Source: a virus | Taxonomy: Duplodnaviria; Caudoviricetes | Direction: 5' to 3' (one strand) | IMG/VR virus record: IMGVR_UViG_3300025141_000105 | Location: 1 to 58,173 of that record | DNA: 58,173 nucleotides | In this document: one piece after another, positions 35,238-45,672 of the stretch | Layout: the number at the start of each line of letters is the position of its first letter | Position numbering within the stretch: the stretch's first letter is position 1 | Made by a program: the position numbers and the translations under genes | Notes under the pieces: generated by a model | Seen by the model: only the letters and a program-made list of their open reading frames with translations | Database searches by the model: none | Told to the model about the DNA's origin: nothing

Positions 35238-37288
35238 TATGCCATTCCGTTTGATTCCCACTTCTTCATATTATTGTAGGCTGTCATAGCTATCTCTCTA
35301 TCAGTCATAGTTGGTTTAAATTGATCTGTTGCATGATCATATACACCAGCACCTTTCTTAACTTTAAATTTAAGCTTACCACCTTTAGCGTAGATGTTAC
35401 CTTCTTTATCTACAGGCATTGGATTCCCACCATGTGTTTCAGGTCCAGGCGTTATTAATCTTTGGCTCATTGCTCTTCTAATTGGAGCAGCAGCAGCTCT
35501 ATAGTTTCCAGCTTCTAAAGCTTTTTCTACTTTAGCTTGGTCATTAACAATTAATTCATTGCCTGTAAATTCAGCAACAATATCTTCTGTTTTTCCTCCT
35601 GCATAATATTTATACTTCATTCCTTGTGCAGCGTAATCTGTTTCTTCTAAAACATTTTCAGCTAAAAAATCGCTTTCTTTAAATCCTGTCCAGTCACCTG
35701 AAACAAGATTCTTTTTAGTTTTATTTCCAGGGTTTATGGTTGGGCCTTTAATATTTGACATTACTTGCTCGCCACCTCTTACTGGTAATTGTGAAACAGC
35801 TTGTCTTTTTTGATCATAACCTTTAAAATTTTCAGGCATTGCAAAAGTTGGACCTTCATTACCACCTCCTCCAAATAAACCTTCTATAAAATTTATACCT
35901 TCTTGTGCTAGATACCCTAATGGACTTAAAATTCCTTCTCCTAACGGCATAAGGTAATCAAACCCTAAAGTTTTTACACCATCTAACGTGCCTTCAATTA
36001 CATTTCCAAACATGTCAGTAGCACCTTCCATTATAGGCTCTGCAACATCATGGATTCCTTCCATTACTGGATCAATAACATTACCAGCTGCATCAAAAAC
36101 TGGATCTAAAACAGGAACAACAATATCGCTCACCCCACTTCCTATATCACTTGCAACATCTCCAGCTCCTTGAAGTGCGTCTATACCAGTGCTTACAGCT
36201 GTATCAATACCTCCAGTTACAACATCACCAACACCTCCAACAACATCAGACACAACACCACCAACACCTCCAACAATATCAGATAGAACGTTTAATGGAT
36301 TACCATATCCGTATTCATGTAGTCCTGTATTGGGATTTATAGTTCCGCTACCACCTAAAGATTTTAGCAAAGCAGCTTCTTGTGGGTTTATATGAGCTAG
36401 CATAGTATCACCATTTCTACCAGCTTTAGCTATTTTATTTAATTCTTGTGGAGAAAACTTCATTCCTTCAGCAGCCATATATCTATTGCTGTAGTTTCCT
36501 CCGTATTGATTTGAGTATTGTGATTGTGTGTCCATATGCATTTGTTGATTATATTTTGCTAATTGTTCGTCTCTATAATCTTCTACTATATCTGCTCTTT
36601 CTTCGTATTGTTTAGTTTGCTCATCTCCTATTTCTCTCGCTACTTTTTCATTTGCTCTTCTAGCTTTCTTCTTTCTTCTTTTATTATTCCACCAAGAAAA
36701 TGCCAATGCTGCTAACATAACATAAGGGTTTACACCTCCTGCTCCTAATTTCATAGCAGACCCTCCAGCAAATTTACCTGTAAGAAATTTAGATGCCTGA
36801 TGTGCAGCCATCATATTAGATGCTGTACCTCCCCATTTTTCTTGATCTGTAAAGGTATAAGGATTGTTGTCTGTACCAAATGCACTATATACTGCAGCTG
36901 CAGGGGCTAAGTTAAAGCTTTGCATAGAAGCGTTCATACTTGCTGGATTAGTAGCATTTACTATTCCTGTTCCTACGTCTGCGAGATATGGACTAACCTT
37001 ATCAGCTATTGTATATGCTTGCAACCCCTTAGCTCCTTTCATTAATAATTGATCTTGACCAGATAAACCGCTTGTTAAATCAGAATACATTTGCCTTTCA
37101 TCTTGTATAGGGGCTGCTTGATTAGCTAAGTCTCTATAACTAAAATCTGTATATGCTCTTGATGAATAAGGATTAACTCCTCCAGTTTTAATATTAGTAA
37201 GATTATTTCCTTTATTGGCAAAGTTAGGAGTTATACCAGTTCCTTGTAACTGCTCCATTGCTTTCATTATATTTTGATATCCTGACAT
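35237..37288 (-). CDS. Putative internal virion cargo/ejection protein with AxGG-like motifs
   Basis: TM segment plus basic patch; GRNGDTMLAHINPQEA..LK.LGGSGTINP.TGL domain; G/V/D amphipathic repeats; YAGGK and YAKGGK; GPETHGG. Confidence 0.65.
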   Translation of the reverse strand: MSGYQNIMKAMEQLQGTGITPNFANKGNNLTNIKTGGVNPYSSRAYTDFSYRDLANQAAPIQDERQMYSDLTSGLSGQDQLLMKGAKGLQAYTIADKVSPYLADVGTGIVNATNPASMNASMQSFNLAPAAAVYSAFGTDNNPYTFTDQEKWGGTASNMMAAHQASKFLTGKFAGGSAMKLGAGGVNPYVMLAALAFSWWNNKRRKKKARRANEKVAREIGDEQTKQYEERADIVEDYRDEQLAKYNQQMHMDTQSQYSNQYGGNYSNRYMAAEGMKFSPQELNKIAKAGRNGDTMLAHINPQEAALLKSLGGSGTINPNTGLHEYGYGNPLNVLSDIVGGVGGVVSDVVGGVGDVVTGGIDTAVSTGIDALQGAGDVASDIGSGVSDIVVPVLDPVFDAAGNVIDPVMEGIHDVAEPIMEGATDMFGNVIEGTLDGVKTLGFDYLMPLGEGILSPLGYLAQEGINFIEGLFGGGGNEGPTFAMPENFKGYDQKRQAVSQLPVRGGEQVMSNIKGPTINPGNKTKKNLVSGDWTGFKESDFLAENVLEETDYAAQGMKYKYYAGGKTEDIVAEFTGNELIVNDQAKVEKALEAGNYRAAAAPIRRAMSQRLITPGPETHGGNPMPVDKEGNIYAKGGKLKFKVKKGAGVYDHATDQFKPTMTDREIAMTAYNNMKKWESNGMA

Positions 37289-37296
37289 AGCTTTAT

Positions 37297-40200
37297 TTAT
37301 AGTTGTTTACGGTACTTTGCAAGTATTGCAAAGATATTAAATTTTTCTGTAGTATTTGCAGAGTATTTGATTTTTGACCAAGTGCCTCTAGTTCTACCTT
37401 TACTTTTATCAGTTCTTAATGGTGTTTTTAATACTCCGTCAATATATTTACTAGCTTTTAATCCTATAATCTCTATCCAATCAACTTCGTATGTTCCCGT
37501 ACTAGAATCTAAATCTATCCTTATTTGTTCAATTCTAGCATCATCCCATTCTGCTGAATCACTCATATCCCATTCTAAAATTACAAAATCAAGATCTATT
37601 CCCCCTACAATATCTACCCCATTAGCATCTTGTCCAAAATCACCTGTTCCTGGAGGCTCAGGTATGTGTGCTTTTCTTGCAGAACTTTCAACGTAAGTTA
37701 ATGGTGTTCCTACAAGAGATCTTTTAATATCAGTACCTGTCCAAAAAATATCTCCTTGCCAACTTCCAATCTCAGTTCTTTTAACACGCATTCTAACTTT
37801 GTTATTATACTTTCCAACGAAACCTCTATCATCTGGCCTTAATTGATCTCCTCCACCTTGATTAAATCCATATTTATTATTAGGACTTCTAAACGATGAC
37901 CAAGATCCACTAGATCCGTCTCCTTGATAATCTAATGTTAATGTAGAACCAAAAGAAGATGTCATAATTATATCTCCTATTTGCCATTGACCTGCCGCAG
38001 ATCCACTTACTCTTCTACCATGCATACTACCAGTACCAGATAATGGAGTGGAATTACCAGCAGTTGAATCCCAAACTATTATGCTCCCTGTCCATATTTC
38101 TACTCCTGCTCGTACTTGAATTACATCTATATTTGTATTATGCCAATTTGGATATCCAGCCATAGCAGTAAACAATGCTTCATCACAGAAAAAATACTTC
38201 CCATTATTTGTAGCGGTATGATGAACACTTGTAACCCCAACTGTTAATCCTGTATTTATTATAGATCCTTCAGTAGCCCAAGCGGTTCCATCATAAAAAT
38301 ACCAACCTTCAGAACTGTCATTAAAATCCCATCTTCTATTAATTACAATTTGTTCTTTTTCATCAATAGTAATGGTTTTATCGTGTATAGTTGAATATGC
38401 AGATACATTGTCTATAGAAGTATCTGTAATATATTTTATGTCAGTGAAGGGAATGTTAGCAGGTCTTATAATAATTTCAGCATTATCAAATATCTTTGCA
38501 TCAGAAGCTTCAGAATTAACTACTTTTACTATATATGATTCATGAGCGTAATCTTTAGAGTCATAAGTTTTAACCTTAGCGGTTACATCATCATTTACGT
38601 CGTTGATATTTGCCTGTGTTTCGGTGGTTATATAACCTATTTTTTCTCCAAAGAAATGTGTTTTTTTACCTTTGTCATGCTTATCCCAAATCCATAATCT
38701 TAAAGGATTAACTCTAAAATCTATATAACTACTACTATCATTTGAACCAGCTTGATTATAAGAGCCGTGAGTATTTCTATAACTCCAGTTTTGTATTTCG
38801 TAAGCACTTAATTGATTTTCAGGACATAAAATAAATGCTCCTTGCGCGCCTGTAAGCCATTGTGGAGGAGCTACAGTGTATTTAGAAGTAAATGCATTTA
38901 TACCTTCGTTATATACTAATGTTTCAGAGTGAGATATAGGCTGTCCATCTGTAGTGCTACCCATTGAATGTAAATTTTCTGGATTTGCAAAAACCCTTCT
39001 GGTAGTTCCAGATGCACTATTGTGAAAAGTTACCATTAACTCTTTATTAGTATAATCAAATATTGAATTAATACCTATAAATTTTAATGGATTATCCCCC
39101 TTATAATTTCTTCCAATTTTTTCCTTACTATTTATATCAGTTGTATAAATACCATGCCATACATCTGTATTAGAGGGATGGATTGTGCTTGCGGTTCCAA
39201 AAAGAGCCCCACTTCCACTATCAAGAGTACAAATCTTTTTAGATATCATTTCCCAATGCTTAGTAATATATCTTAAATAGTTTCTTTGACCTAAAGCATC
39301 TCCTAAAGATACTAACTTTTCTGTATCGTATCTAAATAGTCTACCAAAATTAACATCAACAAAATACAATGCTTTTTCACTAGCAGCTACACTAAACCTA
39401 TGCCTAGTTCCATACTTAGTAGATATATAAATATGATTCTCTACAGTCTCTCCTGTCCCAGTAAATAAAGAGGTTCCAGAATCATCACTTAACATAGATA
39501 GTGGATTAACTAATAATTTAGAAAAAGCACTATCTTGTAAAACATATATTTCATTTTTAAAATTAACTATTCTGTTAATCTCACCATACTGACCTTCCAT
39601 ATCATGAAATTGATTTATAGGGAAGATTCTAAATGCATCTGAGTTTTGACCTAATATCTTTGTATTTGAATATGCTATTTCATAAGGTAAATCTAAGTTA
39701 TCACAACTTTCATCTTCATCTACCATTAAAGCAGATTTAATTGTATTCTCTTGTGAGTAAACAGAATTGTACAACCAATCATTACTAAAAGGAGCTGTAT
39801 TCATATCTTTACCAACTACTGTATCTCCATTGTTAAGATTTAATCCACTTCTCATGTCAGTGTTAACATAAGACTCTACAGGAAATACTTTAAACCTAAC
39901 CATAGATTTTTTCATATATGGTGCAGATGTTTTTTGATGAGAATATAAATTTACAAAAGTATCACCACCAAATACTTGTGATAAATGGCCTTGAAATGCT
40001 CCTGGAGTATCGTTAGGAGCAATTGGTACTTCATGAAAATTACCACACGGTATGTATCTAGTTTTTTCAATCGCTCCTTTAGTGTAACCACCATAAGGAG
40101 TTACTTTTCTAACAATAGAACATAAGAATTGATGAGCATGATAACCTTTCCATTTGTCATTACAATTTGTTCCGCTAGAGCCTAAACATGATGAATTTAA

Positions 40201-43200
40201 GTATTTTGTAAGAATAGTCATCCAATGTGTTTTTTCCCACTTTTCTCCAGTCGGCCCAGCAGTGTCTGATCCGCCATTCCAAGAACCATAATCATATATA
40301 AGAGATAAGTCGTAAGGAGCAAACCATCCACTGTGATCCATTTTTTCTTCACCATTACTAGTATGGTTAATATCAAAGTATGTGTCAAGGTCACCAGGAC
40401 CTGTTTTTCTAACTTCGGTAACCTTAGTGTTTAATTCAATTAATATACTTCTTAAACCCATCTGCATTGTTGATACAGTGTCGTATGTATAATCTTTCTT
40501 TTGTTTTGCTTCTGTCCATCCAGAAACTGGAGCGGCATTATTAACTCCTACTGTTTTTGCAAGATGAGCATGTACTCCAGCCCAAACTTTATAATTCCAT
40601 TTACCATCTGAGGTAGTTTTAGTTTTTACATATCCTAATGTATTATTAGAAAAACCATGAACCCTGCCCTTATCAACCCTTCTACTTTTCTTAAAAAATC
40701 CAGAAGGTACGATTTCACCATCACTTAATTCTTTAGCTGCTGATATTGGTAAGTACCAACCTTGTGAAGATGGTCTTGCCCCTTCATTATTACCAATGTA
40801 TTTACCACCTGCATATGCGCCTCCAGTAATTTCCATACCTATACCATAATAAGGATCAAAACAATAGTATTTAGCTATTAAAATTCCGTAATCTTCATTT
40901 ATTTCTCTTCTTGATGCAAAGGCTAATCCATCTTGAGCTGTTTTATCTACATATTTTGGAGTCCACAGAGGAGTGTCTCCATAATTCGCGCTTGAGTATC
41001 CAGAAACATTTGTCCAATACATCCCAGCGGCAACGTGATTTGAACCTGAATGTCCATATCTTAGGTTGTCAGTTAGCTTTAAAACACTATCTATTCTTAG
41101 AACATCTCCTTCTCTATAATTATAAGGTCTAATACCAAAAGCACTATCTGGAGAATCAAGTGTAAAAATACTTCCACTCACCTCAGTTCTAGCATAATTA
41201 TTATAAGCATCACCATAATCGTCTCCTGAAGCGCTCTCCTTTCTAGTCATTTTATCAAAACCTCCAAAATAGGCACTCATTCTATAGTGCGTACCTTTAT
41301 GTCCTCCTGCATCATGAGAAGCGGGATCTGTGTGATTAGGTACTGGATAAGATTTTAATTGCCATTGATTAGTATATTGGGCTTTACGAGATTCCATTTC
41401 TGGCCAATAAAATACCTTGCCTTCTGTATTCCCTCCTGTAGTTGCCTTTCCAGCACTAACACCAGTACCATAATAAGCATAATAACTATTTTCAGCTAAT
41501 CCTAAATAACCATTTAAATATGTATTGTATTCAGGTTGTTCTGTTTGTGTTGGATCAGTTGGTGTCTCTGTATCTTGTCGGTTATAAGCATTTACAAATA
41601 CAGGGTCATCATCAAAAGCACTATTGTCTTCATTTGAAAATTCTGTTGCATCATAACCGTCTTCTAGGTCTAATGTAGCATCTCCATATTGTATTGTTTG
41701 ATTTAATAATCCTTGCTGAACTATACCTCTATCATCTTCTGTTCTTATTGCTCTTACAACTCTAAAGCCAGATATTTTTGCACAAGTTTCACTAGGTATT
41801 CTAAATTCAAAATTAACAAACATATCTAAAAGATAATGATTATCATCTTTATTTTGCATATACATATGCCAGGGATAATTCCAAGTTGTTGTATACATAG
41901 GAGCATTTGTTAATGCTTTTCTTAAATTTGAAGAAGCCGTATTTGCACCTGGAGAAGATGGGGTAAACCCACCATTTAAACCATCATTAGGAAGCATTCC
42001 TTGTTGCTCGCCATTAAACTTTACGTAGGCTGCTAAGTTTTTAGTAGAGTTGGGATGTCTCGCTGAAAACCATTCTACATCAACAGGAGGAACAACATGC
42101 CCATAGACATAAGATAAGCGATGGTCTTGCGCGTATTTACTAGAACCTAACAATTTATATGATAATAATTGACTTGTTGTTTTATAAGGAGAGTAATCAT
42201 TATCGGTTACACGTAATTGTCTTAAGATATCATGCTGTTGAGGTGTTTCTATATCTCCTATCCACAACACATTCCCTGGAGCTCCTGTCAAATCATATAC
42301 TTGCACACCAAACCTATAAGTCTCTCCTCTTTGGTATCCTCTTTTGTTACCAGCAACATGCGGATCTTTTGATCCTCCTAAAGACATAGATGTTTTAAAT
42401 ACAGTGTCTCTTTGTGTAGTAGCACTCACAGTATTACCATCTCCTGGAAAATCTTGAAAATCAGTTCTTAAATCTTCTTGAGCTGCAGTTGCTGATATAT
42501 AAGGTGATGAACTTGTGTTTTTAGTTTGATCTGCAATTCTTTCTTTCAATCCAAAAGTAACTCTACACCCTCCAAGCGCACTAGTGTTGTAATTAAAGCT
42601 CTCACCACCTAAAGTCATTCTATCAGACAAGTATCTATATTCTTGCCTATTTTTTACTATTCCTGAAAGACCTGCACCTCTTGCAGATTGTCTTGCAATC
42701 CACATAGGCCTGCCATACTCTCCATCATACTGTAAATGAGGGTACGATGCTATAGGGTAATAATCTATTCCTATTAATTTCCCATAACCACATGTAAAGC
42801 CATTAGCGTCTGTATCTCCGTCTGATATTTCTGTAGGATTTGCCAAGGTACCTGTGTAGTGTTTAACTTCTGTATCATTAGTAGTAAGCATTGCATCATT
42901 ATAAGTACCATCAAGAATACGCCACCTCATCACTTTAACATTCCATTCTTTTTCAGATATCCAATTTTTCTTTTCTTTTAGATTAGCAGCAAATAAAATA
43001 TTATCTTTAATGGCTATATCTTTACATACATCCCAAGTGTTTGATTCAATTAAAATTTCTTCTAATCCTTGTGTGATTTCTGAGTTCCAATTAGTATGCA
43101 TAAAGCTTGCAGTACTTCCGTTTATTGAGACACTGTCTACTAAAGCAACTCTTGGAGCTTGATTTAATGAGTCGTAAAATAAAGCATACATTTCTATTTG

Positions 43201-44166
43201 GTCAAAGTCTTGATCACAATCATATACCTTTAAAGCAAATCCTTGCGTTCCTAAGTTTCCTCTTGGCCCCCCTCCATAAGTTACAGAACTACTAAAAGAT
43301 TGATCTGAAACATGGTATAAATTACTTAATGGTGAGAATGTTGTCTCTCCTCCATTTTCAGAAATGTATTTAAATGTATATTGATAAACCCCTACTGGTA
43401 ATGAGCCGTGTAGGGTTCTGTCTAGAACTGGTTGTGAAGGAGTCATGATAGGCGTTATATCAAGAGACTCAATAGTTAATTGATGTAATTCAGGTTGTTT
43501 TATATTTAGCGTCTTTAGAGAATTAACATTATCTGTCCAGTATATTCTAGAAATACAATGATTCTCTATCATTGCCTCAACACGAACAGGAATATCTTGC
43601 TTCATTCCTAAGTCTGGATAATTTTCATCGCTTTTTTTATAACAAACCCTTAAATCTGTTACTTTAGTAACTTCAAAATCCTTATTAAAGTCAACTAACA
43701 AAAATATAGTTCTATCTGTATTTTCTAGGAGCATGTTTGCTGGGTCTCCATTACTATATACATTATTTCTATTGTATTCAAATTTACCAACAATGATTAG
43801 TAATATTTGATCTGCATAAGAAACATGGCCCACTATAGAGCATCTATTATCTATTTTTATATTGGTGGCTACGTCTATATTTGGCCCTCTATCATAAAAT
43901 GTTGGATAATTATTATTAATCCCTTGATCTACAGGTATAGATATAGGATAATCTGCCAAATCAACAAATAAACTATTACCTTCTATATTTTCTACTGTAA
44001 ATGTATCTCCCTCTGCATTGGTTAATCTAATGTTTTGTGCATCTGCATAACTTCCTTTTAATTGAAAGTGAGGATCTAAATCACTAACCATTCCATGTGT
44101 AAATCCTTGTGGTTTTGAAAATCCTGCGTTTTCAGAAGTATTTTTAGGTTGTTCTTTTTTTGCCAT
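37297..44166 (-). CDS. Tail stabilization (muzzle) protein, crAss-like / P22 gp10-related
   Basis: F..GM..DLDP...Y.DAQNIR, IYWTDN.N.LK.LN, GY.RGETYRFG, FGGDTFV, YG.IN, VYNE....FTS.Y. Confidence 0.82.
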   Translation of the reverse strand: MAKKEQPKNTSENAGFSKPQGFTHGMVSDLDPHFQLKGSYADAQNIRLTNAEGDTFTVENIEGNSLFVDLADYPISIPVDQGINNNYPTFYDRGPNIDVATNIKIDNRCSIVGHVSYADQILLIIVGKFEYNRNNVYSNGDPANMLLENTDRTIFLLVDFNKDFEVTKVTDLRVCYKKSDENYPDLGMKQDIPVRVEAMIENHCISRIYWTDNVNSLKTLNIKQPELHQLTIESLDITPIMTPSQPVLDRTLHGSLPVGVYQYTFKYISENGGETTFSPLSNLYHVSDQSFSSSVTYGGGPRGNLGTQGFALKVYDCDQDFDQIEMYALFYDSLNQAPRVALVDSVSINGSTASFMHTNWNSEITQGLEEILIESNTWDVCKDIAIKDNILFAANLKEKKNWISEKEWNVKVMRWRILDGTYNDAMLTTNDTEVKHYTGTLANPTEISDGDTDANGFTCGYGKLIGIDYYPIASYPHLQYDGEYGRPMWIARQSARGAGLSGIVKNRQEYRYLSDRMTLGGESFNYNTSALGGCRVTFGLKERIADQTKNTSSSPYISATAAQEDLRTDFQDFPGDGNTVSATTQRDTVFKTSMSLGGSKDPHVAGNKRGYQRGETYRFGVQVYDLTGAPGNVLWIGDIETPQQHDILRQLRVTDNDYSPYKTTSQLLSYKLLGSSKYAQDHRLSYVYGHVVPPVDVEWFSARHPNSTKNLAAYVKFNGEQQGMLPNDGLNGGFTPSSPGANTASSNLRKALTNAPMYTTTWNYPWHMYMQNKDDNHYLLDMFVNFEFRIPSETCAKISGFRVVRAIRTEDDRGIVQQGLLNQTIQYGDATLDLEDGYDATEFSNEDNSAFDDDPVFVNAYNRQDTETPTDPTQTEQPEYNTYLNGYLGLAENSYYAYYGTGVSAGKATTGGNTEGKVFYWPEMESRKAQYTNQWQLKSYPVPNHTDPASHDAGGHKGTHYRMSAYFGGFDKMTRKESASGDDYGDAYNNYARTEVSGSIFTLDSPDSAFGIRPYNYREGDVLRIDSVLKLTDNLRYGHSGSNHVAAGMYWTNVSGYSSANYGDTPLWTPKYVDKTAQDGLAFASRREINEDYGILIAKYYCFDPYYGIGMEITGGAYAGGKYIGNNEGARPSSQGWYLPISAAKELSDGEIVPSGFFKKSRRVDKGRVHGFSNNTLGYVKTKTTSDGKWNYKVWAGVHAHLAKTVGVNNAAPVSGWTEAKQKKDYTYDTVSTMQMGLRSILIELNTKVTEVRKTGPGDLDTYFDINHTSNGEEKMDHSGWFAPYDLSLIYDYGSWNGGSDTAGPTGEKWEKTHWMTILTKYLNSSCLGSSGTNCNDKWKGYHAHQFLCSIVRKVTPYGGYTKGAIEKTRYIPCGNFHEVPIAPNDTPGAFQGHLSQVFGGDTFVNLYSHQKTSAPYMKKSMVRFKVFPVESYVNTDMRSGLNLNNGDTVVGKDMNTAPFSNDWLYNSVYSQENTIKSALMVDEDESCDNLDLPYEIAYSNTKILGQNSDAFRIFPINQFHDMEGQYGEINRIVNFKNEIYVLQDSAFSKLLVNPLSMLSDDSGTSLFTGTGETVENHIYISTKYGTRHRFSVAASEKALYFVDVNFGRLFRYDTEKLVSLGDALGQRNYLRYITKHWEMISKKICTLDSGSGALFGTASTIHPSNTDVWHGIYTTDINSKEKIGRNYKGDNPLKFIGINSIFDYTNKELMVTFHNSASGTTRRVFANPENLHSMGSTTDGQPISHSETLVYNEGINAFTSKYTVAPPQWLTGAQGAFILCPENQLSAYEIQNWSYRNTHGSYNQAGSNDSSSYIDFRVNPLRLWIWDKHDKGKKTHFFGEKIGYITTETQANINDVNDDVTAKVKTYDSKDYAHESYIVKVVNSEASDAKIFDNAEIIIRPANIPFTDIKYITDTSIDNVSAYSTIHDKTITIDEKEQIVINRRWDFNDSSEGWYFYDGTAWATEGSIINTGLTVGVTSVHHTATNNGKYFFCDEALFTAMAGYPNWHNTNIDVIQVRAGVEIWTGSIIVWDSTAGNSTPLSGTGSMHGRRVSGSAAGQWQIGDIIMTSSFGSTLTLDYQGDGSSGSWSSFRSPNNKYGFNQGGGDQLRPDDRGFVGKYNNKVRMRVKRTEIGSWQGDIFWTGTDIKRSLVGTPLTYVESSARKAHIPEPPGTGDFGQDANGVDIVGGIDLDFVILEWDMSDSAEWDDARIEQIRIDLDSSTGTYEVDWIEIIGLKASKYIDGVLKTPLRTDKSKGRTRGTWSKIKYSANTTEKFNIFAILAKYRKQL

Positions 44167-44167
44167 T

Positions 44168-45661
44168 CTATAGGTTTATCAATCCATTACTACTTTTTAT
44201 AGGAAGTAATGTATTCCACATATTTCCTATTTGTTTTAATTCGTCAGAAGTAGGCATGCCATCATCACCTCTTGCTTTACCACACAAGTAGTACCATCTT
44301 TTTTCTAATTCTTTTGTTATGTATTGCGGTAGTTTACCATTATAGAAATCTATTAATTTCATTTGCCACATTATGTATTGAGCAACTGCTGTTTCATGAC
44401 CTTCTTTTATCTTAGGCCAACCTCTTAAATCTACGGGATATGCTAAATAAGAAATTGTAATTTCATCTACAGAGTCATGCTGTATGTTTAGCCTATTACC
44501 ATTTACGTAATATCTAAAAGCCCTTTGTGTAGTTTCATTACTATTTTTACCAATCCTTTCTCTATGAGGCCCACTAGCTCTTCTTAGTTCGTAATGTTTA
44601 TTTTGTGTAGATGACGCGCCTACCCTTACCCCTAAAAGCTTTACATTGTTTTCTGGTAAAGTTAATTGTTGGTTTCTAAAGATATCCTTTCCTTCAGTTA
44701 AACTTAACGCACTAACTTTAGCATTTGCATTATCTGAAGCTAATGTATATTCATTTCCTTTATCACCTATTTCTTTAGCCGTAACAGTCAATGTAGCTGT
44801 TGTCATTTTTTGTACTGAAATATCGCTTAAAGTAGCTGATGTTACATTATCTTGAATAAATAAATCTGGCTGCCCAGTACTTAATGCTGTAAAAGCACTA
44901 TATATTGTTCCGTTATCAAATCTTCTAGCTTCTCCATAGCCCGTACCAATACCTCCAGAAGTAGAAAATCCTACTGCTGAATTGCTATTTCCATTACCAG
45001 TATAATTTGATACTGTTGCTGAAATAACATAAATATCTCCTACAACTAAATCTGCATTTGTAATATTACTTATATGCTGTGTAGATCCAGAAGTGTTTGA
45101 TGCAAAATTTAGTGAAGTGGCAGAGACTATTGTCGCCCCGTTACCATTTGTTAAAGGGTCATTTAAATCTACTAATTCAACTCCATCTGTATTATAGGTT
45201 ATAGAGTAATCTGCAACAGCTAAAGCTTCAGGATAGTTAAATATCGCTGAATTAGTATATGTTCCTGTTTGAAAAGCAACTTTATGAAATCCCGTTAAAG
45301 ATTGCATAAGACCAAATGGACTAGTTGGATTGTCTATTGTGTCTGGCAAGGTAGCCCCTATTTGAATTTCATTAGGAGATTTAGCCTCCCCTAAGTCTGT
45401 AGAGTTTCTAAAATATAATTTTACACCATTTAGTGTAATAGAATCGCCAGATGTTGGATTGGCTGCAAATATTATTGTTCCTGTAGCTTGAGCTCCAGAA
45501 GCATCATATGTAGCTTCTTTTTGAACAAATGTATCTCTACTTCCTATAAGCTTCTCAGCCTCATAAGACCACTCTATCCAATTATTTGTATATCTAGAAA
45601 AATCTTTTAATCCTAAATTTCTAGCTACAGTTGTAAAAACCCTATCTATATGTACATGCAT
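44168..45661 (-). CDS. Tail ring/tubular protein with inserted domains
   Basis: N-terminal IEWSYEA..LIG; C-terminal Y.VNG..LN...ISYLA.PVD..G.P.I...AV..YI; central beta-rich insert. Confidence 0.7.
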   Translation of the reverse strand: MHVHIDRVFTTVARNLGLKDFSRYTNNWIEWSYEAEKLIGSRDTFVQKEATYDASGAQATGTIIFAANPTSGDSITLNGVKLYFRNSTDLGEAKSPNEIQIGATLPDTIDNPTSPFGLMQSLTGFHKVAFQTGTYTNSAIFNYPEALAVADYSITYNTDGVELVDLNDPLTNGNGATIVSATSLNFASNTSGSTQHISNITNADLVVGDIYVISATVSNYTGNGNSNSAVGFSTSGGIGTGYGEARRFDNGTIYSAFTALSTGQPDLFIQDNVTSATLSDISVQKMTTATLTVTAKEIGDKGNEYTLASDNANAKVSALSLTEGKDIFRNQQLTLPENNVKLLGVRVGASSTQNKHYELRRASGPHRERIGKNSNETTQRAFRYYVNGNRLNIQHDSVDEITISYLAYPVDLRGWPKIKEGHETAVAQYIMWQMKLIDFYNGKLPQYITKELEKRWYYLCGKARGDDGMPTSDELKQIGNMWNTLLPIKSSNGLINL

Positions 45662-45672
45662 ATTGTATTATT

